DNA of 32,000 nucleotides from Nostocales cyanobacterium HT-58-2 (lineage in GTDB: Bacteria; Cyanobacteriota; Cyanobacteriia; Cyanobacteriales; Nostocaceae). The stretch spans positions 7,774,942-7,806,941 of the forward strand of contig CP019636.1 of assembly GCA_002163975.1 (NCBI GenBank), read 5' to 3'. The translations under genes were made by a program, and so were the position numbers. Shown here one piece after another: positions 1 to 9,013 of the stretch (positions are counted from its first letter, which is position 1; each line of letters starts with the position of its first letter). Below the pieces are notes generated by a model. The model searched no databases and was not told where the DNA came from. It worked only from the letters and a program-made list of their open reading frames with translations.

Positions 1-1427
1 CACAGTTGCATGGTGTGGTGTCGCGCCAGATGTTTAAGGGTTTGTGGCAAAACGTACCCACAGAGGAAGTGCCGATTAAAGCAATTACTAACGGCGTCCA
101 TGCTCGTAGTTGTGTTGCTAAATCAACCCAAGAATTGTACGATCGCTACCTAGGACCAAGCTGGTCTTCAGCACCACCAGATAACCCCTTATGGGAACGG
201 ATGGACGCTATCCCTGATGAGGAGTTGTGGCGCAATCACGAACGCTGTCGCTTGGACATGGTTTTGTATGTGCGGGAACGTCTTGTGAAGCATTTACACG
301 ATCGCGGTGCTTCTCCCTCAGAAATTGCCCAAGCACAAGAAGTTCTCGACCCAAACGTTTTAACCATTGGCTTTGCTCGTCGCTTTGCCACGTACAAACG
401 CGCTACTTTGTGGATGCGGGATGTAGAGAGGATTAAGCGGATTTTGTTGGGCAATAAAGACCGCAAAGTGCAATTTGTCATTTCTGGTAAGGCACACCCC
501 AAGGATATTCCTGGTAAGGAACTTATCCGCGATATCAATCACTTTATCCGCGAACAGGGTTTGGAAAAGCAAATCGTCTTTGTTCCCAATTACGATATTT
601 ACATCGCCCGGTTAATGGTTGCTGGCTGCGATGTCTGGTTAAACACACCGCGCCGTCCACGGGAAGCTTCTGGTACGAGTGGTATGAAGGCAGCTATGAA
701 TGGTTTGCCGAATTTAAGCGTACTAGATGGTTGGTGGGATGAAGCCGATTATGTTCGTACCGGTTGGGCGATTGGGCATGGGGAAATGTATGACGATCCC
801 AATTACCAAGATGAGATAGAAGCAAATGCTTTTTATGATTTGCTGGAAAAGGAAGTCACACCTTTGTTCTATGACCGGGATGTTGATGGTTTGCCTCGCC
901 ATTGGATTGATAAAATGAAGGATGCGATCCGGTTAAATTGTCCGTTCTTTAATACAGCGCGGATGGTGCGAGAATATGCACAGAGAGCTTATTTCCCTGC
1001 TAGCGATCGCTTCCACACTCTCACTGCTGATAATTATGCTCCAGCTAAAGAATTAGCTGCTTGGAAAGAGAATCTGAATGCACATTGGTACGACATCAAA
1101 ATTAAGGATGTTAACGTATCTTCAGGAGCTGATATTGAAGTTAGCCAACTTGTTAACGTTAAAGCCAAAGTTGACTTAGCAACTTTGACGAACGATGATG
1201 TGCGGGTGGAACTTTACCAAGGTGCTATTGATGCCAATGGTGAGATTGTCAATGGTGTGCCTGTTGTCATGGATTACCAAGGAGAAGAGCAGAATGGATT
1301 AAGTATTTACACGGCTGATATTGTGTATAATACTTCTGGTTTACAAGGCTTATCTTTGCGAGTGTTGCCAAATCATAAAGACCTCTCTAGCCCTTACGAG
1401 CCAAGGCTAATTGTTTGGGCACAATAA
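1..1427 (+). CDS. glgP: alpha-glucan (glycogen/maltodextrin) phosphorylase family protein, C-terminal ~475 aa; 5' end outside window
   Basis: The frame is open from the window edge to TAA at 1425-1427. It contains the pyridoxal-phosphate lysine context of glucan phosphorylases (PRRPREASGTSGMKAAMNG), plus KAHPKD and FVPNYD motifs typical of the long bacterial alpha-glucan phosphorylase family. Confidence 0.85.
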   Translation, partial: QLHGVVSRQMFKGLWQNVPTEEVPIKAITNGVHARSCVAKSTQELYDRYLGPSWSSAPPDNPLWERMDAIPDEELWRNHERCRLDMVLYVRERLVKHLHDRGASPSEIAQAQEVLDPNVLTIGFARRFATYKRATLWMRDVERIKRILLGNKDRKVQFVISGKAHPKDIPGKELIRDINHFIREQGLEKQIVFVPNYDIYIARLMVAGCDVWLNTPRRPREASGTSGMKAAMNGLPNLSVLDGWWDEADYVRTGWAIGHGEMYDDPNYQDEIEANAFYDLLEKEVTPLFYDRDVDGLPRHWIDKMKDAIRLNCPFFNTARMVREYAQRAYFPASDRFHTLTADNYAPAKELAAWKENLNAHWYDIKIKDVNVSSGADIEVSQLVNVKAKVDLATLTNDDVRVELYQGAIDANGEIVNGVPVVMDYQGEEQNGLSIYTADIVYNTSGLQGLSLRVLPNHKDLSSPYEPRLIVWAQ

Positions 1428-1477
1428 AAGTGATGTGCGGTAAGTATGAAGTACTGAGTGAAATAGATTACCACTCA

Positions 1478-2224
1478 TTACTCATCGTGTAGAACGGATT
1501 TGGGGATGACAATGTAACCTGTGGTGCGATCGCCAAGAACCAGGTTACGTTGTTCCCCCCAATACCACCAATATGCAGCGACGTAAGCACAGATAAGGCT
1601 ATCGAGTTTGTCTTCGACTTCTTTAAGGGCTGCGCCTGTGTTGGGAATCTCGGAAAGAAATGAACCGCTAAGGCGCAAAGGACACAGAGGAGGATCAAGA
1701 GAGGGTAAGATTTCTGTAATGTAAGTGTAGAGTTGGATGAGTTCTAAGCGGCGATCGCTGAGGCGTCCTTTTTTATATTTGAGGATTCGTTCTAAGTTGA
1801 ATAGATGAATTGTGGCTGGGTGAGGGAAGACTTCTATTTGGTATCTGCCGGGTTTTTGTGGTTCTATAGTTGGTGCGTGAGCAAAACCTCGCGATTCTAA
1901 TTCTAAGCCAAATTTGACTGTCCTTTCTGCAAAGGGTAAACCGAGGTTAGCTGGGTAGCATCCAGCATGATATTTGCCGAAGTATTTATGAGTGAGTTTG
2001 TCGGGTAGGCGACTTCCTGTGGTGTTAGGAATCAGGGTGGGTGCGTCTACAGCGATGATGGCGGGTTCGTGTGGGGCAACGCAGACATCAATCCAGGTTA
2101 AGATATCTGCAATGGATTCTTTGCGGTCTAAGTCTTGTATTTGCAGTTTTCCGTCTATGAGTTCTAAGGAGCATAAGCCGCTGGGTTGGGATTTCCAGCC
2201 TAAGTCAATTCCGAGAAATTTCAT
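1478..2224 (-). CDS. DUF429-like (predicted RNase H-fold) protein
   Basis: 248-aa ORF with an ATG start. The N-terminus MKFLGIDLGW and overall length match my recollection of the DUF429 family. The overlapping ORF 1468-1698 is treated as spurious. Confidence 0.6.
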   Translation of the reverse strand: MKFLGIDLGWKSQPSGLCSLELIDGKLQIQDLDRKESIADILTWIDVCVAPHEPAIIAVDAPTLIPNTTGSRLPDKLTHKYFGKYHAGCYPANLGLPFAERTVKFGLELESRGFAHAPTIEPQKPGRYQIEVFPHPATIHLFNLERILKYKKGRLSDRRLELIQLYTYITEILPSLDPPLCPLRLSGSFLSEIPNTGAALKEVEDKLDSLICAYVAAYWWYWGEQRNLVLGDRTTGYIVIPKSVLHDE

Positions 2225-2588
2225 TTTTGTTAACCCAATGGTGTGGTTATTTTCGCATTTTTGGGCGATAGTTGACGACGTGGAGTGAGATAGAATTGAT
2301 ACTCAACCCGTATTTAATACCTCTCTTTTTCCCACAAGCTAGAAGCCTGGGTCTGTAAAAACAAAGCCCACCTGCGTGGGCTAGACAAAAAGGGGGTTGA
2401 AAAACCAGACTTAGTATAAAAATTTAAAAAATAATACGCTAACTTCATAATAAATACGGAAAAAGTCATTAAGCTAAAGAGGCTAATGTTCAAGGTTGAC
2501 TATTGGTATTTAGCTTTTGTGATAGTTGAAAGGCTAACTAAAAACTACTGTTTTGTTCAGATCTGTTTACACTTAAGGATACTCAATC

Positions 2589-3761
2589 ATGAATATAGAA
2601 GAAATATTTCAAAAACAAACTTTCTATCTTAATGGTGAAGAAAAAAAAGGCAAAGTTCTTGCTGTATCTACCCATGTGAATCGTCGTCGTGTCTGCTTTC
2701 AGATTGAAGGAGAAAAACAAGGGAAATGGTTTTCGGAGTCGGAACTATTTGGAACTTCCTCTGAAAATGAAGTCATTCAGAATGAGTCACAGCAATACAC
2801 TCACTCTGGAAAAGTAGCAAAATCAGATATTTCTGTTAATAAACAAGCCGAGAAAGAGAAAGAAGCTAAGAATAAAGCAGAACGAGATATTCATTCTCTA
2901 ATCAATTTTGTTGCAGAGATGCAAAATGCAATACAGTATCGAGCAACAAAGGATATTGAAACAGTAAGCAGATTTTTTGAAGATACTCAGAAGACTATGA
3001 TACAAAGTCTCCAAACAGCAGTAAAAGCTGTAGGAGATACCAGCAATCAGGCTTGTCAATTGCTTGACCAAGCAACTCAAGGATCAGGGAAACTAATAAC
3101 TACCTTACACCAAACAATAACTAATTTATGGAATAGGTATTGGCTAGAACGGTTAATTGACCTCATCAAAATCGTTGATGTAGAAAAAGCTAGGAATACT
3201 GTGAGCAAAGTGAAAGGTGATTATCCCACTCTTCCACCTAGCCAGATTGCTGAGCATTTAATTAATGAAAAAGCCATTTGGGCTACAGTAACAGGGTTAA
3301 TTGGTGGTATCGTCCCAGTGCTTACAACGATACCAGTTGATTTATTTGCTACTCTTCCATTGCTTGTACAAATGGTTTACGAAATTTCTTTTGCCTACGA
3401 AGATGACTCAAAAGCTGCAGAAAAACCAGGTGAAATTTTAGCAATTTTTGGTCTGGCACTAGGTGCAGAGCAATTAGGAAAATTAGGTATAGGCTTTTTG
3501 CTAAAACATTCTCCTATTCCTAACTGGGGTATTGGAGCAAGCACTAATGTCATTATGTTCTTGACAGTTGGGTATGCAACTCGTGAATTTTATGAAGCGA
3601 AGGTAAAAGGAGTAGCAAGTCCAATAACTTCGGTTGAAGCGTATATAACTTTAGAGAAAAAAATCGGTGCTTACTTAGAAGAAGCTATTGCAGAAAAATC
3701 AACCATAGAAGCCACTGTGATTGAAGCTGTTTCTGTAAAAAAGCAAATCGTCTTAAGCTGA
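2589..3761 (+). CDS. hypothetical protein, coiled-coil middle region and EcsC-like hydrophobic C-terminal domain
   Basis: 390-aa ORF with an ATG start. It has a Lys/Glu-rich helical centre. The C-terminal segment (TGLIGGIVPVLTTIPVDLFATLPLLVQMVYEISFAYE) resembles the EcsC family core. The functional call is tentative. Confidence 0.45.
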   Translation: MNIEEIFQKQTFYLNGEEKKGKVLAVSTHVNRRRVCFQIEGEKQGKWFSESELFGTSSENEVIQNESQQYTHSGKVAKSDISVNKQAEKEKEAKNKAERDIHSLINFVAEMQNAIQYRATKDIETVSRFFEDTQKTMIQSLQTAVKAVGDTSNQACQLLDQATQGSGKLITTLHQTITNLWNRYWLERLIDLIKIVDVEKARNTVSKVKGDYPTLPPSQIAEHLINEKAIWATVTGLIGGIVPVLTTIPVDLFATLPLLVQMVYEISFAYEDDSKAAEKPGEILAIFGLALGAEQLGKLGIGFLLKHSPIPNWGIGASTNVIMFLTVGYATREFYEAKVKGVASPITSVEAYITLEKKIGAYLEEAIAEKSTIEATVIEAVSVKKQIVLS

Positions 3762-3972
3762 AAAGAAATTCTTGAATTTCAGTATCTGTAGAGTAGGCAA
3801 TGCTCACCAAAAGCTAGATATATTAGGACTACTATTTGATTTTTGAACAATATAACAATATTTATCTGTAGTGGCGCGACACAGCTAAATTTGTGCATTA
3901 GATTTGTAGTCAACTTCTGTGCTAAAGCACTACTACGAGCTTTTTCTATCGCATCATTTTAGTCTTGTCACG

Positions 3973-4064
3973 CCAGTAGGGTGCGTTAGGATGAAATCCG
4001 TAACGCACCAAACCCTTGATCGTGGTGCATGGTGCGTTACGCTATCGCTAACACACCCTACTGG
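3973..4064. repeat. nested palindromic (MITE-like) intergenic repeat
   Basis: Perfect 11-bp outer inverted repeat: CCAGTAGGGTG (3973-3983) and CACCCTACTGG (4054-4064). It encloses two hairpin units built on GGTGCGTTA..TAACGCACC (3980-4009) and GGTGCGTTAC..TAACACACC (4031-4058). Confidence 0.7.
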
Positions 4065-4072
4065 CTGGAAAA

Positions 4073-4480
4073 ATGACGAGTGGGTTGAAAAGTCCTAGTG
4101 ATTACTACATGAAGTTAATTAATAACTTTCCTCCACGTCCAATTACCAATCAGGCTGAGTTAATTGCCACTCAGAACCAAATTAATTCTATCTTGGACAA
4201 GAGAAATCTTACACAAGATGATAGAGATTATCTGAAGGTGCTTGGAACTCTTGTTTACGATTATGAACAGCAACACGAACCTATACCTATTCTCAAAGGT
4301 GTTGAACTCCTTAAAGCGTTATTGGAGGAATCAAGCCTTGAGCCTAGGAATTTGGCTTATATCTTTGAAAGTGAGTCTATTGTTTTAGATGTCATAAACG
4401 GCAAACATAAACTTACTGAGAATCAAATCAAAGAATTAGCTAAATTATTTCATATTTCTCCTAGTTATTTTGTTGAATAA
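4073..4480 (+). CDS. HigA-like HTH antitoxin/transcriptional regulator (orphan); true start may be ATG 4109
   Basis: 135-aa ORF. The layout is an N-terminal helical part (ITNQAELIATQNQINSIL, DYLKVLGTLVYDYEQQHEPI) followed by a C-terminal HTH-like part (LTENQIKELAKLFHISPSYF). This matches HigA-type antitoxins. No toxin-sized ORF lies upstream. Confidence 0.55.
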   Translation: MTSGLKSPSDYYMKLINNFPPRPITNQAELIATQNQINSILDKRNLTQDDRDYLKVLGTLVYDYEQQHEPIPILKGVELLKALLEESSLEPRNLAYIFESESIVLDVINGKHKLTENQIKELAKLFHISPSYFVE

Positions 4481-4629
4481 ATATGATTGTGCAACCTGAA
4501 TCATTTTATCGGTCAGCAAGTACAAAAGTAGATGTAGCGGATGGCTTATATGTGTTGCAACAGATAACTCATCCGTTACATCTGTTATTTGAACTGTTGC
4601 CAACTTTGCGCAAACTCAAAATGACCTAT

Positions 4630-6210
4630 TTAACTTATCGGTGACAACTGAAGATTTCCCTCCTCCTGTTGTGCTTGCTTGTGTCGCTTCCAATCTTCCA
4701 GTTGTGCTTCTAGTTGCGCCTTCACCTCATGACGGAAAGTAAAGAAGTGTTCGCCAATACCTAAAGCAACAAAGTAATCATAAAATAAATGCGGTTTCTG
4801 GAGTGCCATTGCTAGTATTTGCCACCAGAAGCGAAAACGTGTTGAGCGAACAAAACCCTGTCGCCAACAGATTGCTGAGAATAACTTCAATTCATGCCAA
4901 CCAAAGGGTCGCTTACTACTGGGACGTTTACCCTTCATCATACTGAAGTGGTGGAAGGTGCGTTTGAGATAAGGCAGTGGCTCATACAAGTTCCAGAATG
5001 CCTTGATATACTCTGTCACAATTTCTTCCATTGGACGAGTGGGGATAAAGTTGATCAGGGATTTCTGAAAAGTAAAGTAATTGCCTAACTCGTCTAACAA
5101 GCGCCCTTCCTGCTTAAGACGAGTCCACATTGACGTATTGTGCAATGCCTGTAGTAAACTCAGATGAGCCTGGGGAATACCAGTTTCCTCTACAAAGTCT
5201 TGAATGCGTTGCCCTGCACCAGGCTTCTCGCCATCAAAACCGAGGATGAAGCCAGACATAATCTGTAATCCGGCGCGAGTAATTTTATGACACGACTCCA
5301 TGAGGGATTGGCGTGTGTTTTGTTCTTTGTGGATAACCTGTAGGCTTTCCACGTCTGGTGTTTCAATGCCCATAAATACCATGGTGAACCCGGCTTGCAC
5401 CATCAGATCTATCAACTCGTCGTCTTCTGCAAGATTAAGAGATGCTTCTGTTAGCAGAATAAACGGGTAGTTGCGCTCTTGCATCCACGGAATCAAAGCA
5501 CGCAAGAAAACTTTGGCATTGCGCTTGTTACCAATGAAGTTGTCGTCCACGATAAATATTAATCGCCGCCAACCCATCTGATACAAAACTTCTAACTCAG
5601 CCAGCATTTGCTCTGGTGTTTTTGTGCGCGGCTTACGACCAAATAAGTTAATGATGTCACAAAACTCACACTGAAACGGACATCCCCGCGAAAATTGCAC
5701 TGTAACTGCCAGATAAGCATCTAAATCTAGCAAGTCAAAGCGCGGTATTGGTGTTTGAGTCACATCTGGTTTTTCTGTCGCACGGAAGATTCCCTGTTCT
5801 TCCCCTCGTGCTAGGGCTTCTAAAAAAAGGGGGATGGTACATTCCCCCTCATCTAGAATCAGATATTGCGCTCCTGCCTCCAGGGCGAATTCAGGGACTG
5901 ATGTGGGAAAAGGTCCACCCACTGCAACTTTTTTCCCTAGCGCAACTCCTTTTTGAATCAACTCCCAGAAATCTTGTTTTTGGATGATCATTGCAGAGAT
6001 CATTACCAGATCGCACCATGCCCAATCGTCATCAGTCTCTAGACGGACATTGCGGTCAACCAACCGAATTTCCCAATCAGCAGGCAACATGGCTGCCACT
6101 GTTATTAATCCCAATGGCGGATTGGTTGCACGTAAACCTGCCAAATCAAGCGTCTCCTGGTAAGACCAGAAGGAATTGGGCATTATGGGCCAGAGTAGTA
6201 GAGCTTTCAT
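4630..6210 (-). CDS. B12-binding domain radical SAM protein (with DUF4070-like C-terminal extension)
   Basis: 526-aa ORF. N-terminal Rossmann-like cobalamin-binding region (GLITVAAMLP...LVMISA). Canonical radical SAM cluster motif SRGCPFQCEFCD (CxxxCxxC). Confidence 0.8.
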   Translation of the reverse strand: MKALLLWPIMPNSFWSYQETLDLAGLRATNPPLGLITVAAMLPADWEIRLVDRNVRLETDDDWAWCDLVMISAMIIQKQDFWELIQKGVALGKKVAVGGPFPTSVPEFALEAGAQYLILDEGECTIPLFLEALARGEEQGIFRATEKPDVTQTPIPRFDLLDLDAYLAVTVQFSRGCPFQCEFCDIINLFGRKPRTKTPEQMLAELEVLYQMGWRRLIFIVDDNFIGNKRNAKVFLRALIPWMQERNYPFILLTEASLNLAEDDELIDLMVQAGFTMVFMGIETPDVESLQVIHKEQNTRQSLMESCHKITRAGLQIMSGFILGFDGEKPGAGQRIQDFVEETGIPQAHLSLLQALHNTSMWTRLKQEGRLLDELGNYFTFQKSLINFIPTRPMEEIVTEYIKAFWNLYEPLPYLKRTFHHFSMMKGKRPSSKRPFGWHELKLFSAICWRQGFVRSTRFRFWWQILAMALQKPHLFYDYFVALGIGEHFFTFRHEVKAQLEAQLEDWKRHKQAQQEEGNLQLSPIS

Positions 6211-6578
6211 AAAGCATATACCCCGGAATGTAAAAAAATTAATTCATTTCCAGGTTACTGCTGCTTTCTCTCAAGAGAGCTTAAATTATATTGATTTTTG
6301 TAAAGAAAAAACGACTAAATGTAATTGGCAGCAAACTTTACCATGACCTCACGCACAGTCCTCAAGCCACTAAGATCAGCTTTGTGTTTTTGCACGAAAT
6401 TATAAAGAAATGTCAAACTAAGAAAATCAATTGTATTCCCGCTACTGTCGAATTTAAAAATAGTATCTTGAAGTTTATGGGTAGGCAACGAGGCTTATCC
6501 ATATAAAGTTGTATTGACTACTTGAAGAGTTATCTGATAACTACTATACTCAGTTTGAGCATTGAATGAGCATTAAGT

Positions 6579-8018
6579 ATGACATACGCTAGAACACCAT
6601 CCGATAAGAGTTCCAAAGGTTCCATTGGTATCCAGGCTGAACAAGGTAGACTCAAAGCTAACTTTCCCAGACAGTATTTTGGAGGCAGGCAAGTACGTAA
6701 AGGATTAAGCCTACCAGACACACCTGAAGGACACGCGAAAGCTAACTTAGTAGTTCGACATCTACAACTAGACTTAGAACAAGGCAAGCTTAATGATGGT
6801 TACGGGAACTTTAACGAAATTAGGTTTCAAGAGATTCTATGTGAGCATGGCATCAAAGCTAACTTGCGGGTAATTAAAGGTGGAACAGCTAGAGCGTCTG
6901 ACCAGCTACCACCTAAACCTGAGTTAAGCATTCTAGAAATTTGGGATATGTACTGTGAGTATAAAAAAAGTAATCTTGCAATAACCACATACGAAAATGA
7001 ATATTGTACTGTTTATCGTAATTATTTTATTAATGCAATAAAATCGGTGGGAGAAGACTCAATTGCTATGCGTAATTGGTTATTGGCAAATAGAAGTCAA
7101 TCAATAACTAAAAAAGCGTTATCAGCATTAAGCAAGGCTTATGCAATGGCAATACGTCAAAGGTTAATTTTACATAATCCATTTGATGGATTATGTGATG
7201 ATATTGAAACCGCAAGAAGAAAAAAAGTAATTAATCAAGCAGATGAAATAGAAGATGACTCTGATATTTTAAATAAAAGTAAATCATTTACATGGGAAGA
7301 AGCGGAAGAAATTTTAAATTACATACAATCTAGAAAAAAAACTCGACATTGGTATTCATTTATTAAATTTAAATTTCTAACAGGTTGTAGAACAGGAGAA
7401 GCAATAGCATTCTGGTGGTGTGATGTTAAATGGAATGAAGAATGTATTATAATTAGGCGAAATTATAGTAGAGCTTGCAAAGTATTTAAGCCCACAAAAA
7501 ATGAAACTAACAGAATATTTCCTATGCCTAAAAATGGTGAATTATGGAATTTACTGAAATCAATACCTGAAGGACAACCTAATGAATGTGTATTTAAAAG
7601 CAAGCAAGGAAAAATAATTAACAGTGCAGTGTTAAGTGTTGCATGGGGAGGAAGTGAAAAATATAAAATGCAAGGAATAATACCTTATCTTGTCAAAGAA
7701 GGAAAAGTTAATAAATATTTACCTTGTTACAACACGCGACACACATTTATTACTCATCAAATTTTTGACTTAGGTAGAGATGAAAAAATAGTTAATGCAT
7801 GGTGTGAGCATTCTGAAGAAACAAGCAAAAAACATTATCAGGATATCATGGCTAAAGCAATCCAAACTAACCCTGACTTACCAAATAATCAACAAACAGA
7901 AATAATTACATCAGAAGTTGATTCACTTAAGAAAATTATCAAATCACTTCAAGACCAATTAAAAGTACAATCAGAATTAATAGCTAAACTACAATTACAA
8001 GTAAAACAACAAAAGTAA
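6579..8018 (+). CDS. tyrosine-type site-specific integrase (phage integrase family) with cyanobacterial arm-type N-terminal domain and coiled-coil tail
   Basis: 479-aa ORF. Catalytic-domain signatures: TGCRTGEAIAFWWCDV (Arg box), NTRHTFITH (HxxR) and a later KKHY tyrosine. The N-terminus GSIGIQAEQGRLKANFPRQYFGGRQVRKGLSLPDTPEG resembles the DUF3596-type integrase N-domain. The gene body after ~6950 is strongly AT-rich compared with the flanks. Confidence 0.85.
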   Translation: MTYARTPSDKSSKGSIGIQAEQGRLKANFPRQYFGGRQVRKGLSLPDTPEGHAKANLVVRHLQLDLEQGKLNDGYGNFNEIRFQEILCEHGIKANLRVIKGGTARASDQLPPKPELSILEIWDMYCEYKKSNLAITTYENEYCTVYRNYFINAIKSVGEDSIAMRNWLLANRSQSITKKALSALSKAYAMAIRQRLILHNPFDGLCDDIETARRKKVINQADEIEDDSDILNKSKSFTWEEAEEILNYIQSRKKTRHWYSFIKFKFLTGCRTGEAIAFWWCDVKWNEECIIIRRNYSRACKVFKPTKNETNRIFPMPKNGELWNLLKSIPEGQPNECVFKSKQGKIINSAVLSVAWGGSEKYKMQGIIPYLVKEGKVNKYLPCYNTRHTFITHQIFDLGRDEKIVNAWCEHSEETSKKHYQDIMAKAIQTNPDLPNNQQTEIITSEVDSLKKIIKSLQDQLKVQSELIAKLQLQVKQQK

Positions 8019-8044
8019 AATTTCTTTAGCTATTTACCTGCTTA

Positions 8045-8080
8045 ATCTCCTATTAGTTATAATAGGGGATTTTCTTTTAT
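8045..8080 (+). terminator. intrinsic terminator of the integrase gene
   Basis: 11-bp stem ATCTCCTATTA (8045-8055) / TAATAGGGGAT (8060-8070) with one G-U pair and a 4-nt loop GTTA. It is followed by TTTCTTTTATT. Confidence 0.65.
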
Positions 8081-8141
8081 TAATTATATTTTTAATTATT
8101 TTATTAATTATATTTATTTTATTATTAAATAAATATTTAAA
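8075..8141. repeat. 67-nt pure A/T tract containing a 15-bp direct repeat
   Basis: There is no G or C between 8075 and 8141. TTATTAATTATATTT occurs at 8077-8091 and 8101-8115 (24-bp period). Confidence 0.6.
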
Positions 8142-8335
8142 CCAATAATCATATGTGTATAAAAACTTAGTAACTACTACTAAAAACCTAAACACTTAAA
8201 AACTCATGTGCTTAAATTTTTACTCTAGATAGATACTTCATTGACTATAAATACCTTACCTTAACTAATTCGGTAAGCTTTATGTGATTTTTATTACAAA
8301 TATTTCACTCGAACGAGAACTGCCATATTAGGCAA

Positions 8336-8386
8336 GCCATCCAAAAAGCACTGGATGAACAGAAGCAATCAGACAACGCAACTTAG
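8336..8386 (+). pseudogene. 3'-terminal fragment of a paralogue of the small gene at 31365-31574
   Basis: Reads AIQKALDEQKQSDNAT* versus GAIQKALDEQKQPNDTTES* in the full gene. I count 42/51 nt identical to the reverse complement of 31371-31421. There is no upstream coding continuation. Confidence 0.7.
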
Positions 8387-8479
8387 GCATAAAGTCAAAT
8401 TTATCAGACAACTTTACGGAATCAGTAACAGCGAGCTTGTGGTAATAATTAAACAGGATGCCCCTAAACGAGGTAGCAT

Positions 8480-8899
8480 ATGGAGCCACTGACTGCTGGT
8501 GCGATCGCCACTCTCGCTTTCAAAACAGCTTTTGGAGAGACGATCAAGAATCTGACACAAGCAACCCTTGCTAAGATAAACGAGCTACGCAAGAAGATTT
8601 GGGATAAGTTTCGGGGAAATCTCCAGGCAGAAACAGCACTGGTAGAAGCAGAGAAAGGTTCTGAGACTTCTTTAGAGAGAGTGGCTGAGTACTTACAAGA
8701 ACTGATGGCTAAACAACCAGAGTTTGCTGCTGATATAGAAAAATTAGCTCGTGAAATTCAGCAAGAAATTAACATTGGTAACATTCAAGGGCAGAACGTT
8801 CAGAATGTCTACGGTGGAAAAGCAGAACAGAATAATGCGAACAACACCAATGCCCCAGTGATTCAAGGTGGCAGTGGTCACACCATCACATTCAATTGA
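8480..8899 (+). CDS. small helical protein with hydrophobic N-terminal helix (Bell/HeLo-like by architecture) and Gly/Asn/Gln-rich C-terminal motif; ends at a TGA that is in frame with the next ORF
   Basis: 139-aa ORF with an ATG preceded by GAGG. Residues 1-95 are predicted all-helical (MEPLTAGAIATLAFKTAF...). Residues 96-139 read EINIGNIQGQNVQNVYGG...APVIQGGSGHTITFN (8765-8896). Confidence 0.6.
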   Translation: MEPLTAGAIATLAFKTAFGETIKNLTQATLAKINELRKKIWDKFRGNLQAETALVEAEKGSETSLERVAEYLQELMAKQPEFAADIEKLAREIQQEINIGNIQGQNVQNVYGGKAEQNNANNTNAPVIQGGSGHTITFN

Positions 8900-9013
8900 C
8901 TGCAGTCGTCCGAATGGGAACGGACAAAGTTAAATTCCCCAAAAAATATTCCATACACAGGTGTCGCCAACTTTGTCGGACGACAGCATGAACTCACCCT
9001 GCTGCATGAAAAA

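Noticed and set aside
227-572. Small ORFs overlapping the phosphorylase gene (227-436, 236-538, 360-572), and similar nested ORFs inside other long genes (for example 9115-10340, 14219-14508, 28296-29780)
   Set aside because: They are fully embedded in long ORFs that carry strong family motifs. Their translations are compositionally odd (Cys/Arg/Ser-rich), typical of off-frame artefacts.
2366-2381. GC-rich hairpin GCCCACCTGCGTGGGC as a terminator
   Set aside because: It sits between divergently transcribed genes, upstream of both, so it cannot terminate either. It is more likely one of the short dispersed palindromic repeats common in Nostocales intergenic DNA.
4483-4644. 53-codon ORF immediately downstream of the HigA-like gene (possible small toxin partner)
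   Set aside because: It is in the wrong position and size for a HigB-type toxin, has no recognisable motif, and overlaps the 3' end of the convergent radical SAM gene.
6211-6578. tRNA or tmRNA integration target next to the integrase
   Set aside because: I could find no cloverleaf-compatible sequence or T-loop GTTCRANNC motif by eye in the integrase-proximal flank. This needs tRNAscan-SE to be certain.
6291-6787. ORFs 6291-6506 (+), 6530-6787 (-) and an unlisted 57-codon minus-strand ORF at 6315-6488
   Set aside because: They are short, mutually overlapping or overlapping the integrase start, without ATG starts or recognisable motifs. The 6315-6488 frame looks the most protein-like (possible gene remnant at the island border), but I cannot support it as a gene.
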